The notes: generated from the letters alone by a model not told the origin. Shown: positions 19,799-30,577, counted from the stretch's first letter. The stretch is DNA of 64,000 nucleotides from an uncultured virus (IMG/VR IMGVR_UViG_3300042881_004014) (IMGVR_UViG_3300042881_004014); one strand, 5' to 3'. Numbers and translations: made by a program.

Positions 19799-20218
19799 TT
19801 ACTTTATTAAAAGGACTGTAGTTGCAATTATTCCAACAATTGAAGTTACCTTATAAAATCCAGTTTTAAACTTCTGTCCTTTTAGTTCTTTTATTAAACT
19901 TTCCGATTTTTGTCTCTCTAATGAAAACTGCTCATCCTTTTTAGTAATGATTAATTCTAAGTTTCCAATCTTTTCGTTTTTAAGAGTATCCTTTTGTTTA
20001 AATAAACTTATTTGTTCATCTTTAAGTAATACTGTTTTATTTAATTCAACAATCTCCAATTTAGCTCCATCAAAACGAATTAGGTCTTGATAAACTAATC
20101 TAGCAATTTTTGTTGGTAAAACTACAACACTTGTATCTTTCTTAGTTAGCGTATCTTTCTGTGAATAAGCGCTCGAGCTCAATGTTACCAATAGTAGCAA
20201 CGTTATTAACTTTCTCAT
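19799..20218 (-). CDS. Secreted coiled-coil protein with C-terminal hydrophobic anchor (spanin-like partner)
   Basis: Signal peptide MRKLITLLLLVTLSSSAYS/Q, coiled coil, C-terminal VTSIVGIIATTVLLIK. Confidence 0.55.
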   Translation of the reverse strand: MRKLITLLLLVTLSSSAYSQKDTLTKKDTSVVVLPTKIARLVYQDLIRFDGAKLEIVELNKTVLLKDEQISLFKQKDTLKNEKIGNLELIITKKDEQFSLERQKSESLIKELKGQKFKTGFYKVTSIVGIIATTVLLIK

Positions 20219-20480
20219 CTGTATTATTTTTAATTATAGTTATGTTTTTTGTTACTTGTTGAATATCTTTATCTACATTAGAGATATGTGTATCAACTAA
20301 ATCAATTTGAGTATCTATCAAATCATTTTTTGTATAAACCGAATCAATATCCTTTTGGATTGAATCAATTTTTTGATTATAGCCAGCTATATCAGTTTTA
20401 ATTTGGCTGGTTGTAAATATACTCCACCCTATTAACACTGCGATAATAACCAATAAAATTACCAATTTGTTGTCTTTCAT
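20142..20480 (-). CDS. Inner-membrane coiled-coil protein (i-spanin-like)
   Basis: N-terminal TM LVILLVIIAVLIGWSIF then coiled coil; start set at MKDNK (20480). Confidence 0.55.
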   Translation of the reverse strand: MKDNKLVILLVIIAVLIGWSIFTTSQIKTDIAGYNQKIDSIQKDIDSVYTKNDLIDTQIDLVDTHISNVDKDIQQVTKNITIIKNNTDEKVNNVATIGNIELERLFTERYAN

Positions 20481-20490
20481 ATTATTAAAT

Positions 20491-21168
20491 TTAAAGTTTT
20501 GAAACCAATTCATAATTCTTATCTTTTAATAATTCATATGCTGCGTTTCGTTTTTCTATAACTTCGATAAGTTCCAACTTACCACTATCAATATCTTTTT
20601 GTATTTCAGTTTTTAACTGCTCTACATCTTTATCATTTTGCCATCTTTCAACTGAGCCATCTTCGTTTACATACTCATGTATATTGGATACCTCTTTATA
20701 TGCGTTGTTTAATTTTTCCAAAACATCCGTACCATAAGCTGCCATATTTGAATAAATTCTATATTCACTATATGCTTCCCATAAACCATCTTGTTTTATT
20801 TGAAATTCTCGTCTAGCTAAACAGCCAGCACAATATCCAGTCTTTGAAATTAACTTCTTATCTGCATTTGAGTAGTTACCACTAACATCACAATCATTTG
20901 ATTTACAACTTGAAATTTGTTGTAAATAATTTCTAACTTCAGACATGGTATCACTACTCTTAGATTGTCTTACTCTACCATATTCTTTTTGTTCCCAAAG
21001 ATAACCATCTTTATCTTCCCAAATATCTCCAATGGTTCTGGAAACTTCCTCTTTTATATTAGAGAATCCAACTTGCGTATTTTTTTCGTATTCACCAGTC
21101 TGAACCATATCAGCCAACTTTCTACGAGTTGGATGCATGAAACTTTTCTTAAATTCTGTATTAGCCAT
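20491..21168 (-). CDS. Hypothetical protein with putative Zn-binding Cys cluster
   Basis: 225 aa; CKSNDC...YCAGC; promoter motif at 21193-21201. Confidence 0.7.
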   Translation of the reverse strand: MANTEFKKSFMHPTRRKLADMVQTGEYEKNTQVGFSNIKEEVSRTIGDIWEDKDGYLWEQKEYGRVRQSKSSDTMSEVRNYLQQISSCKSNDCDVSGNYSNADKKLISKTGYCAGCLARREFQIKQDGLWEAYSEYRIYSNMAAYGTDVLEKLNNAYKEVSNIHEYVNEDGSVERWQNDKDVEQLKTEIQKDIDSGKLELIEVIEKRNAAYELLKDKNYELVSKL

Positions 21169-21212
21169 AAATTGTTCTTATATATTCATATATATAAGTA
21201 TTGAATTTTTTA

Positions 21213-24200
21213 CTATTCGTAAAATAATCCAAGAATTTGATTTAATGGTGCAAATGTACCTGTTAGTTTCATTGTATTTCCATTGTACACAAATACGATA
21301 CCTTCGTTTGGAACTATTTTATCTTTTCCACCAATAGCGTTTAATCTTTGTAATTCCATTTTAAGTTTTGCTATCTTCTTTTCATCACCACCAGTCTTAA
21401 CATCTGATATAGTTTTATCTAATCTATCCTTCATAGCTCTAACCGCAGAATCAGGGTTTGCTGTAAGTACTGAACTCATAAATGAAAGTACTTCAGAGCC
21501 AACACCCAAAAATATATCCTCAAAAGGTCTAATATTATCCTTTGCTATCTTAGCGTGGTCATTCTTATCAATACCAGTTGCCCAACTTAATACTTTAGCA
21601 TCGGTAATGTTTTTATTGTCTAAACGGAATGATTTATCATAGAATGCCCATCTCTTAACCAATCCCATTAGAGTTCTATTATCAATCGGAGATGGTGATT
21701 TCTTAGTTACAAAATCAGTCCACCATGCTTGATGATAATCAGCAATACCATCCGTATCGGATAGTTTAAACTTAGATTGTAGTTTTGTAATCTGTCCACT
21801 ATATTTTCCTTTTAATGAAGTTAAGTTTTTTGATTGTGGTAACTTAACAACTGGAGGTCCTTGTATTGTATAAGCCGATTGTACGTTTTGATTTACTTGC
21901 TTAATCATACCAGCCAAAACTTTAGCTGCTTCTTGATTTTCACCAATTGCTATACCAGCTTCATTATATTCCATTGTTCCATGAAATACTAATAGTGCTT
22001 GTCCATAAGGAATTACATTTACCGAAGTTGGATATATTACCTCCAAATTCATAAAACATGCACCATTCTTAAAAACTTTTTCTCTTTGTTTTTCTGAAAG
22101 TGATTTTATTGCTTTTGATAAATCACTCATAGCAAAGTTGTATGCTTTTTCTAACTCACCTCTTCCGGCAAACTTAGTAGCTACTCCATTTATATCCAAT
22201 GCCTTCTCACCTCTATTAGCTAGATGTCCTTTGTTTCTAGCAGCAACTAATCTTCCATTCACCCAACTGATTGCTAATGCTTGTCCATCAGTTTTTTCTC
22301 TTGTCAATTCCAACTTACCTTCTAATGCACGATTCACAATATCTTTAAGTTGTCCAAATGTTAAGTTAATTTCAGTATCAAATGGATGATTCATATGTCC
22401 ATACGCACCACCTTCAGTTAATAACCCCTCAGTTATGTTTGGGTTATTATCAGTTCCACATTTGTGACACATATAGGTATCACTTCCACCTTCAGAAATT
22501 TTCCAACTCCAACCACAATTATCACAAATTACTTTACCATTTTCTACTCTTTCACTAATCCCACCACCCAATGCGTATGGTTCGTTATATTGTAATTTCT
22601 CAGCGTTAAATTTCTTTCTTAATCTTTTAAGAACTTCTTTATGTTTATCAATCCATGCTTGGTCTGGGTAACCCATTCCAATTCCTTCAAATGCTGATTT
22701 GGTTTTTACTTTATACCAACCACCACCCGGTGTTCTGAATATTCTTGCAGGTATTTCTAATATTCCATTTGATGGTAATTTAGAATGATACTTTGAATCA
22801 ATATGAACAACCTTTACAATGAATACTTTTTTCTTATTATCAGCTCCAATCAATTCAACTTCTAATGGAACTGCTACTCCACCTATTTTAAGTTTACCAC
22901 CAAAGATATTACCTTTAGTGTATGCTTCTTCTACTGATTTTTTAACCATTTCATATCCTTTATCTTCGGTATCCTTTGTATTTGTTTGATGACCAGGTTC
23001 TGTTTTTTTACTATCATCAAAATCAATTGTATCCAATTCTGCACCATATCCCATATCAGGTGTATATGTTCCCGATTTGTGATGTTGTAAAAAATTATGG
23101 TCTATTGTACCATCCGATTTATGATTTTTTGAATTAATATTTTCATTTTTACTTATTTCAATTGCTCTTAATTGCTTAAGTGCTTTCTCTTTAGTATCAT
23201 GTGTTCCTAATCTATCACCACCATCCTTTGGATATACCACCCACTTACCATCAATATGTTTGATTGTTTCAACAGTCAATTTCATTGATTCTTTGCTTCT
23301 AAAATCTCTAGTTCCACCTTTATTATCTTTAAATCCGAATGATTTATAGAATTGGATTAATCTTCCCTTAGAACCCCCAAAATCAGATGATGGAGTTAAG
23401 AATACATCTTTTTTGGTTTTCTTTGCATAAGTAATAATATCATTCATTACTTTTGTACCAATACCCTCACTTCTTTTTTCTTTTGGAACAACTATTCTGT
23501 GAATTTCTAAGTATTCTGGATATTCATATACATCCAATTCCACACCATGTTTTTTCCCCAAATGAGAGTCTAACGTTTCAGCAATTACTGATTCAAATTT
23601 ATATTCAGGTGTTGTTGTTTTGAATTCACCTTTTCTCATTATAGTTTTTGCAATAGCTTTATTAGCTTGAAGCATAAATGGTATATTGATATTAGTTCTA
23701 TTATCCTTTGCTACAACTTGGTTGTATTGAGTTAAGAATTCAACAAATTTCTTTTTATTTCTACCTAATCTTTTAAAGAACCCAGTTAGTTCTGCTGCTG
23801 ATATTTCCTTACCATTTCTCGTATCATTTAATCTATCGAAAAAATGTTTATCAGTAAGAACGATATCAATTGGATTTAATTGTCTATCAGCGTATTTATC
23901 AATTTGTTGTAAATCAGCCATTGGGATTTCGTTAATTACCGATTCGTTTTTACCAGTATCTGCTTTTTTAGCAGCAACACCAATTTCTTCTGCAAATTTA
24001 TTTGACATTGGTATCACATCCTTTATATCGGCATCAATAACAATAACTTTCATATTAGCAGGTTTCCCATCTCTAATTGCGTTTGTTGTTACAGCTGCCC
24101 AACGATGATGACCATCCACTACATATCCATCTCTACTTACATAGATTGGAGCAGTAATCTTTGGATGATTCGGGTCATTCTCTAATGCCTTTGCCATACC

Positions 24201-25685
24201 AGCTACCTTTGCACCAACTAATTCAGATTGAGTTGCTTTTAGAGAATCCGATGGTAATTCAGTTTGGATAGTTTTAATACCCTTTCTTTTCAATAGTTCT
24301 CTAAACATTGGTTCCGTATCAACTTCACCATTTATATCTTTTTCCATACTTGCCGCAGGTGAACCTTCGGTTGGTTTGCCTTTAAATTGTGGCATTTCCT
24401 CACGAGGAATTCCAGCATTACCAGCACAATATAAGTTTGTTCCAGCTACAGTTATTTTACATAAATTGTAATTAGGAGCTGCTTCACCATTTTCTTTTGC
24501 CTGATTTGTTAGTTGAACCAACTTATCAATCTGCATTGAAATTTCTCTTTGTTGCTTATTTGAAATTTTAGGAATATCCGATTCTGAACTAAATGTATCT
24601 GAATCTGCTTTTGGTAATACCTTAGTTACATTATCTAATGCAACATTTGGTATTTCAGTTTTGGGTTTTTCTTTTTGCTTAACATCAGGTGCATGTTTAA
24701 ACATATCCGAACCGGCTACTTTAGTTCCTTTAGATGGTTCCGATTTTGTATCACTAGCTCCATCTATTTTAACATACTTACCACCATCATTCTTTGAAAA
24801 AGATGGAGAAGATTCATCATCCTCTTTACCTTTTTGTTTATACACACCATGTCCAATATGAGTGTATTTGGAATCATCATTTTCATCTTCAAAGATTACT
24901 TGATATCCTTCCTTTATCATTCTAAAAGTTGCTACCTTTTTACCATTGATAGTTGGCATTCCATGTTCATCTTTTCCAATAGTTTTTACAATAACTTTTT
25001 TATTTTTAAATCTACCCATTAAAATGGTATCTCCGATTTCAACATCTAATGTAATACCTTCATCTAAATTAATTGATTCTGGTAATTTGGAAAGTTTATC
25101 AACAACCATATCAAAAATTGATTGATTGAATTTACCATAAGCTTTCTTTACAAAGAAATCTTTTTTATCCTCAGTACTACCTTTTTTTAAACCAATCCTA
25201 ACATCAGTACCACTAATTGCATTTGGTTGTGCTGGTGATATAAAAACATACCCCCTATCAGCATATCCTTCCAATTCAATACTATCTTTGTATTTTTCAA
25301 AATACTTCCCACCCAAACGACTTGAATCTTTCTCACCAACCACAGTTATAAATGCAGTAGTTTCTTTATTGAATTTGCTTAGGATTTCAGTTGGAGCATA
25401 GGGATTTTTGACCTGAGCTATTTTGTTTGATGGGATACCAAACATAGTGGTCATTACCTTTACTTTCTCCTTAAAATTGAATGGGGATTTTTGATTGTCT
25501 GTTTTATCAGAGGTTCCGATATAAACATTATTTTTTCCAAACTTTTTTACTAATGTTTGGTAAGTAGCGAAGTGCCCTTTATGAAAAGGTTGAAAGCGAC
25601 CAGAGTAAACAACAACTAAGTCCTTTACACTGCTCGCTTCTCCTAATAATATACTCTCTACTAAAAACTTTGATAAATCACTCAT
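21213..25685 (-). CDS. Polyvalent multidomain protein: HxGH nucleotidyltransferase, ParB/Srx-like, GNAT, Zn ribbon, KxDG ligase-like domain
   Basis: GRFQPFHKGH; PIYVSRDGYVVDGHHRW; IVVPKEKRSEGIGT...LIQFYKSFGF; CDNC...CHKC; GHMNHPFD...EKTDG. Confidence 0.8.
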   Translation of the reverse strand: MSDLSKFLVESILLGEASSVKDLVVVYSGRFQPFHKGHFATYQTLVKKFGKNNVYIGTSDKTDNQKSPFNFKEKVKVMTTMFGIPSNKIAQVKNPYAPTEILSKFNKETTAFITVVGEKDSSRLGGKYFEKYKDSIELEGYADRGYVFISPAQPNAISGTDVRIGLKKGSTEDKKDFFVKKAYGKFNQSIFDMVVDKLSKLPESINLDEGITLDVEIGDTILMGRFKNKKVIVKTIGKDEHGMPTINGKKVATFRMIKEGYQVIFEDENDDSKYTHIGHGVYKQKGKEDDESSPSFSKNDGGKYVKIDGASDTKSEPSKGTKVAGSDMFKHAPDVKQKEKPKTEIPNVALDNVTKVLPKADSDTFSSESDIPKISNKQQREISMQIDKLVQLTNQAKENGEAAPNYNLCKITVAGTNLYCAGNAGIPREEMPQFKGKPTEGSPAASMEKDINGEVDTEPMFRELLKRKGIKTIQTELPSDSLKATQSELVGAKVAGMAKALENDPNHPKITAPIYVSRDGYVVDGHHRWAAVTTNAIRDGKPANMKVIVIDADIKDVIPMSNKFAEEIGVAAKKADTGKNESVINEIPMADLQQIDKYADRQLNPIDIVLTDKHFFDRLNDTRNGKEISAAELTGFFKRLGRNKKKFVEFLTQYNQVVAKDNRTNINIPFMLQANKAIAKTIMRKGEFKTTTPEYKFESVIAETLDSHLGKKHGVELDVYEYPEYLEIHRIVVPKEKRSEGIGTKVMNDIITYAKKTKKDVFLTPSSDFGGSKGRLIQFYKSFGFKDNKGGTRDFRSKESMKLTVETIKHIDGKWVVYPKDGGDRLGTHDTKEKALKQLRAIEISKNENINSKNHKSDGTIDHNFLQHHKSGTYTPDMGYGAELDTIDFDDSKKTEPGHQTNTKDTEDKGYEMVKKSVEEAYTKGNIFGGKLKIGGVAVPLEVELIGADNKKKVFIVKVVHIDSKYHSKLPSNGILEIPARIFRTPGGGWYKVKTKSAFEGIGMGYPDQAWIDKHKEVLKRLRKKFNAEKLQYNEPYALGGGISERVENGKVICDNCGWSWKISEGGSDTYMCHKCGTDNNPNITEGLLTEGGAYGHMNHPFDTEINLTFGQLKDIVNRALEGKLELTREKTDGQALAISWVNGRLVAARNKGHLANRGEKALDINGVATKFAGRGELEKAYNFAMSDLSKAIKSLSEKQREKVFKNGACFMNLEVIYPTSVNVIPYGQALLVFHGTMEYNEAGIAIGENQEAAKVLAGMIKQVNQNVQSAYTIQGPPVVKLPQSKNLTSLKGKYSGQITKLQSKFKLSDTDGIADYHQAWWTDFVTKKSPSPIDNRTLMGLVKRWAFYDKSFRLDNKNITDAKVLSWATGIDKNDHAKIAKDNIRPFEDIFLGVGSEVLSFMSSVLTANPDSAVRAMKDRLDKTISDVKTGGDEKKIAKLKMELQRLNAIGGKDKIVPNEGIVFVYNGNTMKLTGTFAPLNQILGLFYE

Positions 25686-25743
25686 TATATGATAATTATT
25701 TCTCTTATACCATATAAATATAATAATTTATTGTTTTAGTTTT

Positions 25744-26070
25744 TTATTTAGCCGCTTGCTCTTTAAAAGCTGGATTATAAGTAATAGTACCTTCTCTTAA
25801 ATCGATTTGACCTCTTGGGTATTCCTTTTCAAGACCAGCTACTAATTCTCTCATCGCATCATTTTGAGATTTAAAATCAGCTTCAGCTCTTTCTAAACCA
25901 TCATGTAGTTTATCCATTTCTTCTTCTAATTCTTTTCTTCTCAAATAGATTTGCCCGAAAGCGTTTACTAATTCTTGAATTTTACCATTGCCTTCTCTTA
26001 GTGGAGTAAGGATATCTTCGGTTAATTCTACTGTAACTAACTCGATTTTTTGAATTGTTTCGTTTGCCAT
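25744..26070 (-). CDS. Coiled-coil hypothetical protein (paralogue of 30617..30889)
   Basis: 108 aa; ends EYPRGQIDLREGTITY. Confidence 0.75.
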   Translation of the reverse strand: MANETIQKIELVTVELTEDILTPLREGNGKIQELVNAFGQIYLRRKELEEEMDKLHDGLERAEADFKSQNDAMRELVAGLEKEYPRGQIDLREGTITYNPAFKEQAAK

Positions 26071-26116
26071 TGTTTTTTTAATTAAAAATTGTTTTTGAAT
26101 TCATATATAAATATAT

Positions 26117-26869
26117 CTAACTGAAATTTTCAGAAATTACACTTACCCCACGTTTTTGTATAACCTGAGATGAACATCGATTTCCAAATATAATTGATTC
26201 ATTAATATTATTTGTTTCCAAATACTTTGTAGTGAATCCTGCTACAAAAGTATCACCTGCTCCTGAGATATCCATTATCTCAACTTTATCAGTTGGATAC
26301 ATATTGTTTAAATACATACATCCATCTTTATCTAATGTGATTATTAGTTTTTCTAAAATCCATTCATTATTTTCAATAAATGATTTATTATTTTGATATT
26401 CGGTTCTGTTTAATTTAATGAACTTTAAATCAGTGCACCATTCTCCTAATTTTTTTTTAGTATCACAAATTGTATTAGGGTGATTAAATGCTATTTTAGC
26501 AATATCAGTATCACTTAGAAATCCTTTGTTATAATCCGATATGACTATCATATCAAAATCATAAAAATTTATTTCAGAAAGTGTATTACCAATAGGCGGA
26601 ACTACATCATCAATATCAACTCGTAAAAGTAAATGATTAAAACTTTCCTCAACATATCTCTTTTTTACAATCAATTGAGTATTACAAATCAATTCAGTTT
26701 TACAACCCAATGCTTCTAAATTTTCTTTAACATTATAAGCCATACCACCATTGGTGATTGTATGTGATTCTATAAAAACAGGTGCAGGTCCTTCAGGTGA
26801 TAATCGTGTAGCTTTTCCATAAACGAATTCATCTAAACATCCCTCACCTATAATTAATACTTTACTCAT
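26117..26869 (-). CDS. hldA: Heptose-7-phosphate kinase-like, PfkB family (HldE/RfaE domain I)
   Basis: LDEFVYG..RLSPEGPAPV, GGMAYNV, SDYNKG, DISGAGDTF. Confidence 0.85.
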   Translation of the reverse strand: MSKVLIIGEGCLDEFVYGKATRLSPEGPAPVFIESHTITNGGMAYNVKENLEALGCKTELICNTQLIVKKRYVEESFNHLLLRVDIDDVVPPIGNTLSEINFYDFDMIVISDYNKGFLSDTDIAKIAFNHPNTICDTKKKLGEWCTDLKFIKLNRTEYQNNKSFIENNEWILEKLIITLDKDGCMYLNNMYPTDKVEIMDISGAGDTFVAGFTTKYLETNNINESIIFGNRCSSQVIQKRGVSVISENFS

Positions 26870-27251
26870 TTGTTAATATTTTAGTTGTACTGAAATCATC
26901 CATTCGATTAAAATACACAATTGATTTTGCGTATTGTTCTCCCACTATTGGTTTATTTTTATAATCAGACCCAATTACAAATATATCAGGGTTATATGTT
27001 TTAATTACATTTTCTAATAATTCAGCTGAATCAAATATAACTACTTTACTAACTCCTTTAATTCTTTCCAAATTATACTTTCGTTCTTCTTCAGTATGGA
27101 ACGGTCTATCTTCTCCTTTTAATTCCTTTACTCTCCTATCGGAATCAATTCCAATAATAACAATATCACCAAAGGCAGATGCGAACTCAATCATCTTAAA
27201 ATGCGCATGATGTAAAACATCAAAACATCCATTTAACCAAACCTTTTTCAT
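26862..27251 (-). CDS. hldC: Heptose-1-phosphate nucleotidyltransferase-like (HldE/RfaE domain II)
   Basis: NGCFDVLHHAH, GIDSDRRVKELKGEDRP, GSDY, FSTTKI. Confidence 0.85.
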   Translation of the reverse strand: MKKVWLNGCFDVLHHAHFKMIEFASAFGDIVIIGIDSDRRVKELKGEDRPFHTEEERKYNLERIKGVSKVVIFDSAELLENVIKTYNPDIFVIGSDYKNKPIVGEQYAKSIVYFNRMDDFSTTKILTNE

Positions 27252-28390
27252 AGAAACTTTTCTAATTCATTAATAACCATCTGAGATGTAATTGCTTTAG
27301 TACATTCAAATTGCCTATCCGTACCTTTATGGTCTGGACACCAATTCCAATCACCAGCATCTAATTTTAATCGGTTAAAGCATCCACCACATTTATCTTT
27401 AGGTGAAGTTATTCTAACACAATCTTGCATTTCTGCCCAATCATATGAGAATCCACTAATCAATACCGTCTTTGTACCCAATGCCCAACTTAACCAACTT
27501 AACCCACTACCAATACCAATGAATGCTTTTGATTTTCTCATTTCATCCATTACTTTTTCCAAAGAACCGGCTGGGTGTTTGACTACTCCAGTTGGGTGTT
27601 TATTACCCATATAATCATTATTCTCTTGTGATAATAGTTTAACTGTATAACCTTTATCATTTAACCAATTCACTACTTCTTGCCAACCATTTGGGTTATT
27701 CCAATACTTAGATTGAGCAGTTCCATGTATTGCTATTGTTATTAACTTATCATCTTTAACAATATCTGATGATGGTAACTTTGGTTTTATTTCTTTATAT
27801 GGTAATCCCAATATATCAGAACCCATTTTTTGCATTGTTTGGGATTTAAAATCGTTTGGATTTTTTCTGTTATTTACACTACCATCTTCATTATAGAATA
27901 AACCAACAGTATACATTGCGTATAAATTTTCAACACTTTGACCTGGTTTTACAAATTCTATATTTGGATATTGTGACTCTAACATTTCGTTATGAAATGT
28001 AGATACAATTAATTCACAATTATGTACTTTCTGAAATTCGTCAAAGTATGGAAACCATGCTAATGTATCACCCAATGCTTTTGATGATAGTGCTAGATAA
28101 ACTCTCTTATTAGTTGCGGTATAATCATGTTCAAAAAATAAAGTATTACCTTCCCATATTTCAATTCTCCAATCTATAAAATACTCAATATTACATTTAG
28201 CCCAAGTATTGTTTGATAATTCGGTTGTGAATAAAACATTACCATTACGTTTGTTTATAAACTTAACATTGTATTTACCCGTTTGGTTTCCCAATACTTC
28301 AGCCCAAGGACCATTTACGAAATGATAATTTACTTTATTTCGTACTTCAACAATGTTATTTAAATTTTTAGTTAATTTATCGTAAATCAT
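27248..28390 (-). CDS. Autotransporter heptosyltransferase (Aah/TibC family)
   Basis: SKALGDTLAWFPY, QSKYWNNPNGW, FIGIGSGLSWLSWA, VLISGFS and iron-finger-like CGGCFN...WNWCPDHKGTDRQFECTKAIT; start at 28390 gives TAATG coupling. Confidence 0.9.
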   Translation of the reverse strand: MIYDKLTKNLNNIVEVRNKVNYHFVNGPWAEVLGNQTGKYNVKFINKRNGNVLFTTELSNNTWAKCNIEYFIDWRIEIWEGNTLFFEHDYTATNKRVYLALSSKALGDTLAWFPYFDEFQKVHNCELIVSTFHNEMLESQYPNIEFVKPGQSVENLYAMYTVGLFYNEDGSVNNRKNPNDFKSQTMQKMGSDILGLPYKEIKPKLPSSDIVKDDKLITIAIHGTAQSKYWNNPNGWQEVVNWLNDKGYTVKLLSQENNDYMGNKHPTGVVKHPAGSLEKVMDEMRKSKAFIGIGSGLSWLSWALGTKTVLISGFSYDWAEMQDCVRITSPKDKCGGCFNRLKLDAGDWNWCPDHKGTDRQFECTKAITSQMVINELEKFL

Positions 28391-30552
28391 TAATTCCATT
28401 TTTTTACTTCTCTATCAATAAGAGAAAATCCATCTGCTTGTTTAACATACATTTTATTTGTAGTATATCGTAATTTAGATTCTTTATTAAACACATCAGT
28501 TAACCATAAATCATATCCCTCCCATAGGGTATCATTAAATCTATCAATCCACCAACTCTTTGTTCTATTTGGTATTAGATACGCATGTGCTAAATCTTGG
28601 TTTGATGCAGTTTTACTGAATAAATCATCAATGTATTCTTTACTTCTGGAATTATTGTTTGATAATCCAATAAAGTAAACATCATCTCTTTCAGAAATAA
28701 AACATGCTTTATGAACTGCTTCAACAAATTCTTTTAATCCAGTGAATATAAACGCATCAGCTTCAAATACTAATGTATAATCAAATTCATCATCCATAGC
28801 TTCTAATGCTCCCCTATGTGCGTTAAAGCACCCATAATGCCTACCCGTTAATGGACCTAATCCATTCCCAAAGTTTCCCGGCTTATCCGATATCTGATTT
28901 GGTCTTTTACAAAAATCAGATGGTGGTGTTCCATCAAATGGAGTATTTACAATTGGTTGATACACCATTCCATAACTTTCCAATTGTTTTAGTGATTCTG
29001 AACTAATTTGTTCTCTCAAATCATTTGGCTTAGTCATCAAATGTTTAATTTGAATCTTTGGTTTTTTTCTAACAAATGAACGATATACGTGCTTTGCTTG
29101 ATTATAAAAAAATTCATCAGCTGCTCTAGTAACCCCCGGAAAGAAACTTCCACCATAATCATCTCCACTAATAACACCACCCGGTTTTACTTTATGATAC
29201 CAAAAGTTTAAATCGGATTTTAAAGAATCATAAGTATGACCCGCATCCAACATAATAAAATCAATTGAGTTATGTTGAAATTGATTTGATGCGTTTTCAG
29301 ATGTATCCTTTATTACGTTAAATAATTTTGAGTTATTACTTAACATAGTATTTTCCATAAATTCTGAAAATATATCCCCACCAAATCCACCAACTATTGT
29401 ATCATGTATTTCTTCACCATCGGTACCTTTCCAAGTATCAACAGTTGTAAATTTAATATCTTTATTAGAATCTTTAATTAAGGTAGCCATATGATTGGTT
29501 GATTTACCCAACCATGCACCCAACTCAACAAATACATCACCATCGGTTCCATTTTCAACCATTTCATTATACAAATGTTCATATGAAAACCAACCAGGAA
29601 TTTCATTAAATTCAGGTTGTAGTTTTTCTAATATAATTTGTTTGGTTTGATTTAGGTTATCATCGATATAAGTAACCAATTCATTATTATCATATGAATC
29701 CAAATATGTGTGTAGTTTTCTGAATATAGATGGTAATCCATATCCCAATGCCTCTTTAATAGATAATGGATTTAATTCCAATTTAGAACTAAAGTAAAAC
29801 ATATCCGATGCTTTGTAGAATTTATCTACATCACTACGTTCACCCCATACAATACAATTATCAGGTTTGTGTTTCATTATTGGTCCCCAATATGATTCAA
29901 AGTTCATAGCTTGGTTTCCGATAAAATGAAATTTAATTTTATATTTTTCTAATAATCTAGCTACGTTGAATATTTCACCCTGATTCTTACCTTCAGTAAA
30001 TAATCCAACCATAAGAACATGCTTCCAATCAGATTCAAATCCCAATTCGTTTTTGAATTCGTTTTTATCATACTCAATAGTTTCTATTGGATAATCCCAT
30101 ACACGTGTATCTACTCCCACCAATTCAAATCTTCGTCTACTCCATTCAGATACTAAAACATATCTATCTGGATGATATTTGATTTCATTTGGATTTGTAT
30201 GAGAACCATGTGTAGATGCTACAATATAGTAATTTCTACTATTGTCAAAAATAGTATCTAATATATTGTGAGCTAAAAAATGTTCGGGGATTTCCGTAAA
30301 ATGAATTATGTTTGGTTGAGTTGATTTAATAATATCCACAAGTTCGGATTTATTATCACCCAATGTGTACAACTTACATAAATCAGCTATTTGATTCTTT
30401 TGTACTACAAAGGCATCACCAGAGTGATTGTTTACCTCAACTACCTCAATATCAAATTTATCTTTAAAGATTTGAATTTGCTTTAAAAGGTATTGTGGCA
30501 TCCCACCAGTTGAGAGATGGGATGCTATATATAACAATTTTTGTTTTGACAT
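28390..30552 (-). CDS. Tri-domain GT4-like glycosyltransferase / SAM methyltransferase / GT25-like glycosyltransferase
   Basis: HLSTGGMPQYL, KNQ, ELNPLSIKEAL (GT-B); VELGAWLGKS, DAGHTY, GDDY (methyltransferase); YGCFNAH, VFEADA, AHAY (GT-A). Confidence 0.8.
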   Translation of the reverse strand: MSKQKLLYIASHLSTGGMPQYLLKQIQIFKDKFDIEVVEVNNHSGDAFVVQKNQIADLCKLYTLGDNKSELVDIIKSTQPNIIHFTEIPEHFLAHNILDTIFDNSRNYYIVASTHGSHTNPNEIKYHPDRYVLVSEWSRRRFELVGVDTRVWDYPIETIEYDKNEFKNELGFESDWKHVLMVGLFTEGKNQGEIFNVARLLEKYKIKFHFIGNQAMNFESYWGPIMKHKPDNCIVWGERSDVDKFYKASDMFYFSSKLELNPLSIKEALGYGLPSIFRKLHTYLDSYDNNELVTYIDDNLNQTKQIILEKLQPEFNEIPGWFSYEHLYNEMVENGTDGDVFVELGAWLGKSTNHMATLIKDSNKDIKFTTVDTWKGTDGEEIHDTIVGGFGGDIFSEFMENTMLSNNSKLFNVIKDTSENASNQFQHNSIDFIMLDAGHTYDSLKSDLNFWYHKVKPGGVISGDDYGGSFFPGVTRAADEFFYNQAKHVYRSFVRKKPKIQIKHLMTKPNDLREQISSESLKQLESYGMVYQPIVNTPFDGTPPSDFCKRPNQISDKPGNFGNGLGPLTGRHYGCFNAHRGALEAMDDEFDYTLVFEADAFIFTGLKEFVEAVHKACFISERDDVYFIGLSNNNSRSKEYIDDLFSKTASNQDLAHAYLIPNRTKSWWIDRFNDTLWEGYDLWLTDVFNKESKLRYTTNKMYVKQADGFSLIDREVKKWN

Positions 30553-30577
30553 AACTTATTTATATGTTCATATCTTA

